Shown in pieces: positions 1-8,914 of a stretch of DNA of 44,065 bases; position 1 is the stretch's first letter, and each line of letters opens with the position of its first letter. The notes beneath the pieces are model-generated. The model did no database searches and had not been told where the DNA came from. It worked only from the letters and a program-made list of their open reading frames with translations. The translations under genes and the position numbers were made by a program. Source of the DNA: Gemmatimonadota bacterium (GTDB lineage: Bacteria > Gemmatimonadota > Gemmatimonadetes > Palauibacterales > Palauibacteraceae); assembly GCA_039585915.1 (NCBI GenBank), contig JBDGUZ010000016.1:1-44065 (forward strand), given 5' to 3'.

Positions 1-2112
1 CGCTCTGTGATTCTACAGGCGTTTCAGTGGGCGATCGACCCGGATGGGAATCCGTCTACCAACGATGCGCCGGACGTGATCAACGGAAGCTGGGGGTTCG
101 AGCCGGGTACTGGTGATATCGATGCCTGCACCGACCTGATTTACGATGCGGTCGATGCGGCCGAGGCGGCTGGAATCGCAGTTCTGTTCGCGGCCGGCAA
201 CTTCGGACCCGCCACCGGTTCGGTAGCGGCCCCGGCGGCACGTGACGACCCAAATCTCCACAGCTTCGGTGTCGGAGCGACGGCCGGAGTCGAGCCCTCG
301 ATAGTCGTGGCTGATTTCAGCGGTCGGGGGCCCTCTCCGTGCGCGGGCGGCATCAAGCCCGATGTGGCGGCTCCCGGAACCGTTCCGGAGGTGATTGCCT
401 CGAGCGACAACAGTGCCCGACTGACGGGCCGCGCGGTACAGGGAACGTCTTTTTCGGTGGCGCAGGCATCCGGGACTATCGCTCTTCTACGCCAGTTAAA
501 TCCAAGTGATAGCCCGGAAGAGTTAAAGCAAATTCTAATGCAAACGGCCCGTGACCTGGGTCCACTCGGTCCCGACAACGACACGGGTTCCGGGCTGATT
601 GATGTGCCTGCTGCCGTATCTCGGGTCGGAGCGTCGTTCGCGGGCCCGTTGCTTCAACTCGCGAGCGCGTTCGCGGTCGACGACGGAATCGTGATCCGCA
701 TCCGGAACCGGGCGTCCGAGACATGGCCCGGCGGCAGCATCAGTCTGCAACCGGCGCCTGGAGGCGGTAGTGAAGCGCTGGCCGAGGGATCAGTTCCGCC
801 GATCCGACCTTCTGGTACGCTGGTTATCGAGATTCCCCTCGTTCTGGCGTCCGACGCGTCCGCCCTGGCGGTGACACTTCACGACCCGGACGGCACGACC
901 GTTCTCAGCCGCCTGATGTTGCTCGTGCCGCCGAACGTATTCGGTGGGTTCGTGCTGGAGGACGGTGGCCTCAGGGCGGGTGCGAACGACTTCGGCCGCC
1001 TGGGCCGGGTAGCCGCGACTTCCGGATTCGAGTGGCAGGGCGTAGAGTTGCTGACCGCTGGTGGGCTCGGGGTCGCGGCGGCCGGCAGGGTGTCGGATGG
1101 GTTCTTCGTCACCACGCTGGGACGGTCCGACCAGAAGGACATGCCGGCGGCGATCGACACGGATTGGGCCCCTCAACGAGCCCTCACGTCGGTGGATGGG
1201 ACGAGCGCCGGGATGGTGTATGACGATTTCGACGCGCTCATCCCTCTGCAACTCGAAGTTCGGTCAGAGCTCGAGGCCACGGATCGGAACGCTGTCGGGG
1301 CCCTTACCGTCACCACATACATCTCGAATCGATCCAGTTCGACGATTTCCGACCTGACTCCGGCCTTGCTCGCTGATTGGGATCTTGCCGGGGGAGAGAC
1401 TGTCCGCTGGTCCACCCAGCTGTCCGCCCTGGTCGCAGAGTCCCGAAGCGGAGAAGGCCCCCTGGCGATCCTCGCCGGAGACGCTCTGACCGTGTCCGCC
1501 TCTGACGTTCCGCTCGGCCTCCCGGGTCCCACCGGATTCTACGACGAGGACAGCGGAGTCCTGTGGGATGTGTTTACCGAATCCGCCAAGCTCCTCCTGA
1601 TAGAAGGCGGAACTGATCCCGGGTTCCCGGGCGCCGCCACGGCGACGGATCGGGCAGCACTGATCGCACTCGAGCCGGTCTCGGTACCGGCCGGGGGAGA
1701 AGTGGCAGCCCGCTTCTGGCTCCTGGCAGCGGACGACGAGGGCTCTGCGGCGACACGGCTGGCAGAGCTGCGGGCAGAGCCGATCGATCCACCCAACGGT
1801 GGAGCAGATGGATTCGTCGTCGATCCCCCATATCCGAATCCCCTCAAGGTCGGAGAGGGGATCATGCGATTCCCGGTGGAAATCCCGGCTGAGTCGATCG
1901 GACCCGGTGGTTCACTCGTGCTCGAAATCTACGATCTGGCGGGACGCCTGCTGTACAGGCAGAGGGAGAGCGTGACCCCGGCGGGGTCCGCGCCGCTGCT
2001 GACCTGGGATGGACTCCTGGACGGAGGCCGCCCGGCTGCGGCAGGTGTCTACATGTACGTGGTTACCCTGGACGGCGATACACGAACCGGACGCCTGATC
2101 CTGGTTCGCTGA
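1..2112 (+). CDS. S8 (subtilisin-family) serine peptidase with C-terminal FlgD-Ig/secretion-CTD-like domain, 5' truncated by the window
   Basis: VINGSWG, oxyanion motif FAAGNFG, FSGRGP, KPDVAAPG, catalytic-Ser motif GTSFS, GxGLID; C-terminal PYPNP...IYDLAGR...WDG...AAGVY. The catalytic Asp and His lie upstream of the window. Confidence 0.85.
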   Translation, partial: RSVILQAFQWAIDPDGNPSTNDAPDVINGSWGFEPGTGDIDACTDLIYDAVDAAEAAGIAVLFAAGNFGPATGSVAAPAARDDPNLHSFGVGATAGVEPSIVVADFSGRGPSPCAGGIKPDVAAPGTVPEVIASSDNSARLTGRAVQGTSFSVAQASGTIALLRQLNPSDSPEELKQILMQTARDLGPLGPDNDTGSGLIDVPAAVSRVGASFAGPLLQLASAFAVDDGIVIRIRNRASETWPGGSISLQPAPGGGSEALAEGSVPPIRPSGTLVIEIPLVLASDASALAVTLHDPDGTTVLSRLMLLVPPNVFGGFVLEDGGLRAGANDFGRLGRVAATSGFEWQGVELLTAGGLGVAAAGRVSDGFFVTTLGRSDQKDMPAAIDTDWAPQRALTSVDGTSAGMVYDDFDALIPLQLEVRSELEATDRNAVGALTVTTYISNRSSSTISDLTPALLADWDLAGGETVRWSTQLSALVAESRSGEGPLAILAGDALTVSASDVPLGLPGPTGFYDEDSGVLWDVFTESAKLLLIEGGTDPGFPGAATATDRAALIALEPVSVPAGGEVAARFWLLAADDEGSAATRLAELRAEPIDPPNGGADGFVVDPPYPNPLKVGEGIMRFPVEIPAESIGPGGSLVLEIYDLAGRLLYRQRESVTPAGSAPLLTWDGLLDGGRPAAAGVYMYVVTLDGDTRTGRLILVR

Positions 2113-2177
2113 ACCGGCGCGAATGCGCCGTATCGGGAGCGGATCCCCGTCCCCCCTGTCGAGTGGAGGTAGACGGA

Positions 2178-3731
2178 ATGCGTAACACTGGTTGGAAGCA
2201 CGCGGCCCTCGCGGCGGTCCTGATTCTCGCATCAGTGTCCGCGGGCGTGTCCCAGGTGGCCGGTGAACTGGTAGACCTGGACGATGTGGCGGCGATTCGG
2301 GCCGAAGGGCTCGAGAATTCGCACATGCAGCCGCTGGCGCACCACCTGACCGACGTCATCGGTCCCCGGCTGACCGGCTCGCCCGGAATGCGCGAGGCCA
2401 ACGACTGGACGGCCAGCATGTTCTCCGAATGGGGACTGGCAAACGTGACCGTAGAGTCGTGGGGCGAGTTCGGTCGCGGCTGGCGGGAGGTGTCGTACTC
2501 CGGCCGCATGGTGGAACCGTATGCCCAGCCCCTCAACGCCCGGGCGAGGGCGTGGACCGGGAGCACCGAGGGCACGGTTCAGGGTCCTGCGATCGTACTC
2601 ACTGCGGAAGGCGCTGATGAACTCCTGGCACAGGTCGAGGCGCAGAAAGAGCAGCTGGCTGGCGCGATCGTGCTGACCGCCGCACCGACGGTGTCAGAGC
2701 TCGACTTCGAGCCAGCCGCGCTGCGCTCATCGCTCGATGACCTGCTCGGAGAGCCGGAGGAGCGTCCCGATCGACCGGCAATGACGCCGGAGGAGCGGGA
2801 AAAGAGAATTGCGGAGTGGCGTGCCCGCCGGGAGGCGATGCAGGCGGTTTCGGCAGTGCTCCACGAAGCGGGAATCGCGGCGCGGCTCATCCCGTCCTCC
2901 AGGCCCTACCAGCTGATCAGGGGTGGTGGTGACATGGCTGGCCGGAACGCGGCGAACCCGGAGCCGGCGCCGACGCTCGTCGTGTCTCAAGAGCACTACG
3001 CTCAGATCCACAGGCTGGTCAGCGGGGGCACTCCCGTGGAGCTGGAGCTCCAGGTCGAGAACGAGTTCTTCTCCGACGACCTGAACAGCTACAACACACT
3101 CGCCGACATCCCTGGCGGTGATCTGGCCGATCAATTCGTGATGATCGGTGGACACCTGGACTCGTGGCACTACGGGACCGGCGGCACGGACAACGGGGCC
3201 GGCTCCCTCGTGATGATGGAGGCGATGCGCATCCTGAAATCGCTCGGACAAACTCCGCGTCGCACGATCCGTATCGCGCTGTGGAGCGGCGAGGAGCAGG
3301 GACTGCTCGGATCACGTGGCTGGGTGGAGGATCACCCCGAGCTTCACGATCGGATTTCCGCGTACCTGAACGTCGATAACGGCACCGGTCGGATTCGCGG
3401 GATCTGGGATCAGTCGAACGAAAAGGTGATTCCAATCTTCGAGCAGACGCTGTGGCCATTCAGGGACCTCGGCGTTGTCGCAGTCAAGCACGGCAATACG
3501 GGCGGGACAGACCATCTCGCGTTCGACGCGGTCGGGATCCCGGGATTCAACTTCATCCAGGATCCAATCGTGTACGGAACACGCACGCATCACACGGCCG
3601 CGGACACGTACGAGCGGCTATTGCTGGATGACCTGCGACAGGCGGCGGTAGTAGTCGCTGCCACGGCCTGGCACCTGGCGAATCGAGACGAAATGGTACC
3701 TCGGAAAGAAGTGCCCGAGGCCGCTGAGTAG
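2178..3731 (+). CDS. M28-family metallopeptidase (carboxypeptidase Q-like, PA-domain type), secreted
   Basis: GGAGG RBS at 2165-2169 before ATG 2178; signal peptide; IGPRLTGS, GGHLDSWH, GTDNGAG, WSGEEQGLLGS, NVDNG, GGTDH, THHT zinc-ligand motifs. Confidence 0.9.
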   Translation: MRNTGWKHAALAAVLILASVSAGVSQVAGELVDLDDVAAIRAEGLENSHMQPLAHHLTDVIGPRLTGSPGMREANDWTASMFSEWGLANVTVESWGEFGRGWREVSYSGRMVEPYAQPLNARARAWTGSTEGTVQGPAIVLTAEGADELLAQVEAQKEQLAGAIVLTAAPTVSELDFEPAALRSSLDDLLGEPEERPDRPAMTPEEREKRIAEWRARREAMQAVSAVLHEAGIAARLIPSSRPYQLIRGGGDMAGRNAANPEPAPTLVVSQEHYAQIHRLVSGGTPVELELQVENEFFSDDLNSYNTLADIPGGDLADQFVMIGGHLDSWHYGTGGTDNGAGSLVMMEAMRILKSLGQTPRRTIRIALWSGEEQGLLGSRGWVEDHPELHDRISAYLNVDNGTGRIRGIWDQSNEKVIPIFEQTLWPFRDLGVVAVKHGNTGGTDHLAFDAVGIPGFNFIQDPIVYGTRTHHTAADTYERLLLDDLRQAAVVVAATAWHLANRDEMVPRKEVPEAAE

Positions 3732-3752
3732 GATCGACGACGGGCCCGGCGC

Positions 3753-5564
3753 TCATGGAGCGTCGGGCCCATCGTCTTTCATCTGCCGGACCCGGTCCGG
3801 ATCCGGCTCCACGAACAGCGTCTTCACCCGGTCGGGGACCACGGCTCCCGGCGGTGACTTCCGGGGTTTCCGTACATACTTCCTGCGCGTCCAGTCTACC
3901 GCGACCATCCCGCTCGAGCGGGCTTCGCTGTACTCCGCGGCCACGATTGCAGCGTCCCTCAGATCCGTCTCCGGCGGATTCTGCTCCCGGTCACCCCAGC
4001 GGAGGATCACATGAGCGCCGTGAGCCTGGCGCGCGTGCAACCAGATATCGTCAGGCGCCGAATGGCGGAACGTAAGAGCATCGTTGGCACGTGCGGAGCG
4101 GCCGACCCGGATCTCGAGTCCGCGCGACGAGACGAGTCGGCGGTAGGGGAGGTGGGATCCGGGCGCACCGGGCTTCCGGGTCAACGGCCCGACGGCCGTG
4201 CGGCCACCCGCGAGAAGCCACAGCTGGTCGGTCGGACCGGATTCCGCGAGCACGGATAGCGCGTCTTCGAGTTCGGACTCTTTCGAGCGTGCGGCGGCAA
4301 TACGGGCAGGCAGCTCGCGCTCCGCCCTCTCCCGGCGTCGGGCCCGTCTGAAGTAGCTATCGGCGTTCGCCACGGCGTCGCTGGCGGGATCCAGTGGAAT
4401 CCGCCGCTCCATTCCGTCGAAGCCCACGACAACCGCTTCCGGGTCCCCGCGCCGGATCCGGCCCTTGTTCATCAGCAGGAGCTGCCCGGCAGAGCGCAGC
4501 ACATCCGATTCGTCCCCCTGATCGAATTGCCGCTGGAGCGCGAGGCGACGCTTGCGAGCCCGGCGCCCGCGGCTCCGGAGAGCAGCTTCGAGTCGCTCGG
4601 CCTCTCCTCCCTGAAGGCTGCTTGATTCTGAAACTCCTGATCGAGAGGGGGCCTCGCCCGTGGGCTGGAGGGACCCGGAAGAACGCTCGCCGGGCCGGAG
4701 TCCGTCCCCTGCCAGCGACGCGGCCATCGCATGGAGAAGCGATTCACACGTTTCCGCCCCAGACTCATCCAGATCGAGAGGGTACGGTTGCAGGGAAGTG
4801 CCCCTCACCAAGGTCCACGCGTGAAAGCCGCTATCCAGGCCTGGCTCGCCACTCCCGGCAGACCGAAGGGATTCGAGGCGAGTCAGGGCTGAAAGCGCAT
4901 CCTGTTCGGTCGTGTGATCGGACCCGAGCACGTATCCAACGTTCAGCCGGCTCACCCAGGCGGCGTCACGAAGCAACGCTCGTGCGCGCTCGCCGTCCTC
5001 CTGTCGTGTCCACCACTGCTCCCAGCTTTCCGGGCCGGGCTTCGAGGCGCTCCACAGCCTTCCACCCTCCGGTGGGCGGTATTCGGAGTCCGGATACAGC
5101 AGACGATCGCCTGCCCGGCGTGGCCAGACAACGGCCCGGACCACGCCTGCCGACACGAGGAGGGCGTTCCACTGGTTCGTATGTAGCTCGAACACCAGGG
5201 ATTCCGGTTCGCGGTCTTCGGCTTTCGGCTGGTCGGTCGGAGACCTGTCGAGCGGCAACAGGTGGATCACGATCCGCCGTTCGTCAGGTCCGGCGGTCAC
5301 GTCAATGATCTGTACCGCCCGCCGCAGAATTCCCCGGCCTCGTGCGCGCCGGACCTTTCCGCGGGGCTCCCCGGCCCGGAGCAGCACATGCCCTGCAGCT
5401 GGATGAAGCATCCAGAGGAGTTGCTCGCCGCCATTGAACACTGCCCTGACCTGCCGGGCTCCCGCTTCAAAGTGCAACTCCTCGACGCGGCGGCCACCGA
5501 GTGTCCTCGCGAGTTCGCCTGCGAGCGCGCCGACGAGGACGGAGTCGTATCGGATCGGCATCAT
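3753..5564 (-). CDS. rqcH: NFACT-family protein (Rqc2/RqcH, FbpA-like ribosome quality-control factor)
   Basis: N-terminal NFACT-N (LVFELHTNQWNALL), coiled-coil IPLDP...NADSYF, C-terminal NFACT-R (VGRSARANDALTF, DIWLHAR..HGAHVIL, VDWTRRKYVRKP). Confidence 0.85.
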   Translation of the reverse strand: MMPIRYDSVLVGALAGELARTLGGRRVEELHFEAGARQVRAVFNGGEQLLWMLHPAAGHVLLRAGEPRGKVRRARGRGILRRAVQIIDVTAGPDERRIVIHLLPLDRSPTDQPKAEDREPESLVFELHTNQWNALLVSAGVVRAVVWPRRAGDRLLYPDSEYRPPEGGRLWSASKPGPESWEQWWTRQEDGERARALLRDAAWVSRLNVGYVLGSDHTTEQDALSALTRLESLRSAGSGEPGLDSGFHAWTLVRGTSLQPYPLDLDESGAETCESLLHAMAASLAGDGLRPGERSSGSLQPTGEAPSRSGVSESSSLQGGEAERLEAALRSRGRRARKRRLALQRQFDQGDESDVLRSAGQLLLMNKGRIRRGDPEAVVVGFDGMERRIPLDPASDAVANADSYFRRARRRERAERELPARIAAARSKESELEDALSVLAESGPTDQLWLLAGGRTAVGPLTRKPGAPGSHLPYRRLVSSRGLEIRVGRSARANDALTFRHSAPDDIWLHARQAHGAHVILRWGDREQNPPETDLRDAAIVAAEYSEARSSGMVAVDWTRRKYVRKPRKSPPGAVVPDRVKTLFVEPDPDRVRQMKDDGPDAP

Positions 5565-5639
5565 TCTCCAGTTGCACGGGATTCCTCCGACCGGCGTGCC
5601 GCCGGCCCGCGGCGCGTTCGCGCGTCAGGCGCCACAACC

Positions 5640-5660
5640 TATATTCCGAATTCTTCGGGA
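5640..5660 (+). promoter_or_regulatory. Possible -10 element (TATATT) followed by a short hairpin in the rqcH/yqeK divergent region
   Basis: TATATT at 5640-5645 in an AT-rich patch, overlapping the inverted repeat TTCCGAA-TTC-TTCGGGA; no convincing -35. Confidence 0.3.
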
Positions 5661-5699
5661 TCAGAACAACATCGGGGAGCGCAGGGGCAGAGAACGAAC

Positions 5700-6275
5700 G
5701 TGGTGACGGAACTTCATCCTCTCATCGAAGCGGCGGGGCAGACGGGTGCATTGCCGGACTGGGCCGTGTGCCGACCGGGTCGCAGGGCGCACGCGGCGCG
5801 TGTGGCGGATCTCCTTTCCGACTGGGCGACTGCCATGGGACTGGGAGAGGGCGAGATCGTCCGCTGGAAGGCCGCCGGCCACCTTCACGACGCGCTCAAG
5901 GATGCGCCCGTGCCGGATCTCGTGTCGCTGGTGGATTCAGGTTGGCCCGATCCGCTGCTCCATGCCCCTGCCTGCGCGGCGCGCCTGCGCGAGGATGGCG
6001 TGACCGACGAGGAGCTGCTGCTCGCGATCACATACCATTCGACCGGTCATCCCGAGTTCGGTTTGCTCGGGGAGTTCCTATATATGGCCGATTTTCTCGA
6101 TCCGGGACGCCGGTTTCTGGCCTCCGAGCGGGAGGAACTCAGGGGACGCCTTCCGACTGGTCGGAATGCGGTGCTGCTCGAGATTCTGCGGCTGCGGATC
6201 ACCAGGCTGCTGGATCATCGAACGCTGGTGTTACCCGATTCGCTCTCGCTGTGGAACCGGGTCGTGGCCCCGTGA
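5700..6275 (+). CDS. yqeK: HD-domain phosphohydrolase, YqeK-like (putative Ap4A hydrolase)
   Basis: RRAH...V, AGHLHDALK, LHAPACA, AITYHSTG, LYMADFLDPGR match the YqeK pattern. Start reassigned to GTG 5700 or 5703. Confidence 0.75.
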   Translation: MVTELHPLIEAAGQTGALPDWAVCRPGRRAHAARVADLLSDWATAMGLGEGEIVRWKAAGHLHDALKDAPVPDLVSLVDSGWPDPLLHAPACAARLREDGVTDEELLLAITYHSTGHPEFGLLGEFLYMADFLDPGRRFLASEREELRGRLPTGRNAVLLEILRLRITRLLDHRTLVLPDSLSLWNRVVAP

Positions 6276-6745
6276 ACGACAGGGCCCGGCTGGGACTCGT
6301 CCTCGGCCTGGTGCTGGTCGTGGGCGCACTGGGCGCCTCGTTCCTGCTCGAATTCCGATCTGCGCCGGAGACTCCCGACGGGCCGCCTGCGGCTCCTGCG
6401 GCCCCTGCCGACATTCCGTTCGACGAGCAGCAGCAGCGGATCCGTGTGGAGGTATTGAATGGAGCGGGTGACGCGGGTGCCGCCGCGCGGATCACGGAGG
6501 CGTTGCGCGACTCCGGGTTCGACGTAAAGACGTATGGTAACGCTGCACGGTTCGACTACGAGCGAACCGTTGTGCTGGATCGCTCCGGGCGACCGGGTGC
6601 GGCGGGGGCCGTGGCGGCCGCTCTGCACGGGGCCGAGGTACGGGAACGGCTCGATCCGGAGCTGTAGCTCGACGCGACCGTCATCCTCGGCGATGACTGG
6701 CTCGAGCTCGTCGCGGACACGCCTGTCACGGACGCGCCTCGCTGA
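6272..6745 (+). CDS. Membrane-anchored LytR C-terminal-domain protein, interrupted by in-frame TAG at 6665-6667
   Basis: GTG overlaps the yqeK stop (GTGA); N-terminal TM helix; RIRVEVLNGAG..GAA...LRDSGFDV..YGNA. The frame continues after the TAG as LDATVILGDDW, the typical domain end, to TGA 6743-6745. Confidence 0.8.
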
Positions 6746-7826
6746 TATCCCGCTCGAGTCGGAGCTGCCCGCACGCGGCAGCGATGTCGCGACCACGCGG
6801 CGTGCGTACGGCCGCGGGAATCCCACCGGATTCGAGAACGGAGAGGAAATCGTCGATCCGTTCACGCGGGCTCGGTACCCAGGATCTTCCCGGTATCGGA
6901 TTGTAGGGAATCAGGTTCACGTAGCTCGAGATTCCCTGCAGTCTCGAAACGAGTTCCCGTGCCAGCTCCGCACTGTCGTTGACCCCGTCGATCATCGCGT
7001 ACTCGAACGACACGCGTCGGGCCTTACGGGCCTGGTACTCACGAACGGCGGCCAGAAGTTCGTCGAGCGGATATCGACGCTCGACAGGCATGAGCTCCCG
7101 GCGCAGCTGCGGGTCTGCCGAATGTAGAGACACCGCGAGACGGAACGGCTCGGGCCTCCCGGCGAGCGCCTGAATTCCCGGTATCAGTCCCACGGTCGAG
7201 ACCGTGATCCGGCGGGCCCCGAACTTGAAACCGGCGTTCAGCACCGTCAGGGACTCGAGCACCGGATCGAGGTTCGCGAACGGTTCTCCCATTCCCATGT
7301 ACACGACGTTGGCGATGGCCCTTCCAAACGCCTCGACGGAGACTCGATCGGCGTCGCGGTACTGTTCGACGATCTCCGCAGTCCTGAGCTGCCGGGTGAA
7401 GCCGAGGTCTCCAGTGGCGCAGAACCGGCACCCGAGTGCGCATCCGGCCTGCGAGGAGAGACAGAGGGTCACCCGATCATCGGTCGGGATCAGGACGGAT
7501 TCAACCTGTTCGCCGTCACCCAGGCGCCACAGGTGCTTGATTGTCCCATCGGTCGATCGGGCCTCCAACGAGCGGGCCGCGGACGACAGACAGAACTTTG
7601 ACTCGAGGCGATCGCGGAGTGCCGCAGGGAGATCGGTCATGTCCGAAAACGACACCACGCGTCTGCCCCAGGCCCAGGACAGAACCTGCTCGACGCGATA
7701 CTCCGGCTGATCCCATTCGCGCAGACTGTCACGCAGAATCGTGCGGGCAAGTTCCGGCGTCATGCCCAGCAGCTCGGCCCGGTCGCCGGTCGTCGTCTCC
7801 CGGATTTCCTCTGCCCCACGGTTCAC
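6726..7826 (-). CDS. rlmN: Dual-specificity 23S rRNA/tRNA m2A methyltransferase RlmN (radical SAM)
   Basis: VESVLIP, TLCLSSQAGCALGCRFC (CxxxCxxC), MGMGEP, LAVSLH, IAAACGQL. Confidence 0.97.
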   Translation of the reverse strand: MNRGAEEIRETTTGDRAELLGMTPELARTILRDSLREWDQPEYRVEQVLSWAWGRRVVSFSDMTDLPAALRDRLESKFCLSSAARSLEARSTDGTIKHLWRLGDGEQVESVLIPTDDRVTLCLSSQAGCALGCRFCATGDLGFTRQLRTAEIVEQYRDADRVSVEAFGRAIANVVYMGMGEPFANLDPVLESLTVLNAGFKFGARRITVSTVGLIPGIQALAGRPEPFRLAVSLHSADPQLRRELMPVERRYPLDELLAAVREYQARKARRVSFEYAMIDGVNDSAELARELVSRLQGISSYVNLIPYNPIPGRSWVPSPRERIDDFLSVLESGGIPAAVRTPRGRDIAAACGQLRLERDISEARP

Positions 7827-7952
7827 CCTGCCTCACCTCCACTCAGTGGTTTTCTTGCTGGTCGGCCTGCGATTCGGATATCTTCATCCTTTCCGGCGCG
7901 CCGGCCGCCGTGGATACGAAGATAGCGGTGGAACCGTTCCCTTCGGAGGTCG

Positions 7953-8444
7953 TTGATCATTACCAGTTCCCTCGGCCCGGATCACACGATCGCGGATCTG
8001 CTCGCTCCCGAACAGATCCGGGTTCCGCTCGCCTCACGGGTAAAGAGCGACGTCCTGTATGAGCTCAGCGGGATTCTCGCCGCGCGGGCGGGCATTCCGG
8101 ACCAGACCGCCGAGATATACAGGGCCGTTGAGCGCCGCGAGGCGGTGCTCAGCACCGGTATCGGCAACGGAGTCGCCATTCCTCATGCGAAGAGTCCTGT
8201 GCTGCAGGCGATGACAATGGCCGTCGGCACGACCTCGGATCCAATCGACTTCGACTCCCTCGATGGAGGCCCGGTTCGCCTCGTGTGGATGCTCGCGGGA
8301 CCCGAACGAACGACTGGACTCCACGTGCGCACCCTCGCTCGGATCAGTGGACTGCTGCGCGTCGAGATGGTCCGCACCGGACTGATCGCCGCGGCGAGCC
8401 CGGAAGAGTTTCTCACGCGCGTCGCCGAAGCTGAGCGCGATTGA
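7953..8444 (+). CDS. ptsN: PTS EIIA (Ntr/fructose-type) domain protein
   Basis: RE...STGIGNGVAIPHAK phospho-His motif, DFDSLDGGPV, H..TLARIS; GGAGGT RBS before TTG. Confidence 0.85.
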   Translation: MIITSSLGPDHTIADLLAPEQIRVPLASRVKSDVLYELSGILAARAGIPDQTAEIYRAVERREAVLSTGIGNGVAIPHAKSPVLQAMTMAVGTTSDPIDFDSLDGGPVRLVWMLAGPERTTGLHVRTLARISGLLRVEMVRTGLIAAASPEEFLTRVAEAERD

Positions 8445-8914
8445 GACCGGCTTTCCCGAGCTCGACCGTCCGGCCGCGGGAGGATCGCCGGGAATCCCGA
8501 GTGGCCGCGGGGGTGTGGGCGCTCATCATTCTCGCCGCCACCAGTGTGCCGGCTCCCGACATTCGCGCCGAACTACCCCATTGGGCCGACAAGGTCGTTC
8601 ACTTCACGCTCTACTTCGTTCTCGGCGTCCTTGTCGCCCGGGCATTCCTGCCGCCTGCGCCGGTCCCGGCGGAGGCGATCGCCGATGGGCGCATCGGAAA
8701 ACGGAGACACACCTGCTGGCTCGTTCTCGCGCTGCTCGCCATCTTCGCAGGAGCGGACGAGTTGCATCAACACTGGATTCGTGGTCGGATGCCGTCCTGG
8801 GCGGACTGGATTGCCGATGTCCTGGGGGCGGGGATCGGAATCGCGATCGGAACACATATTCGCAGGTCGAAACCGAGACCTGATGCGGGAATCGACCGGG
8901 AGACGAACCGTTGA
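8441..8914 (+). CDS. VanZ-family membrane protein
   Basis: DKVVHFTLY, DELHQHWIRGR...DWIADVLG signature; start overlaps the upstream stop. Confidence 0.85.
   Translation: MRPAFPSSTVRPREDRRESRVAAGVWALIILAATSVPAPDIRAELPHWADKVVHFTLYFVLGVLVARAFLPPAPVPAEAIADGRIGKRRHTCWLVLALLAIFAGADELHQHWIRGRMPSWADWIADVLGAGIGIAIGTHIRRSKPRPDAGIDRETNR

Noticed and set aside
6665-6667. Genome-wide TAG recoding or pyrrolysine as the explanation of the in-frame stop
   Set aside because: TAG ends several intact genes at their expected C-termini (M28 at 3731, ybeY at 14544, nfeD at 43268), no other gene has an internal TAG, and there are no pyl genes in the window.
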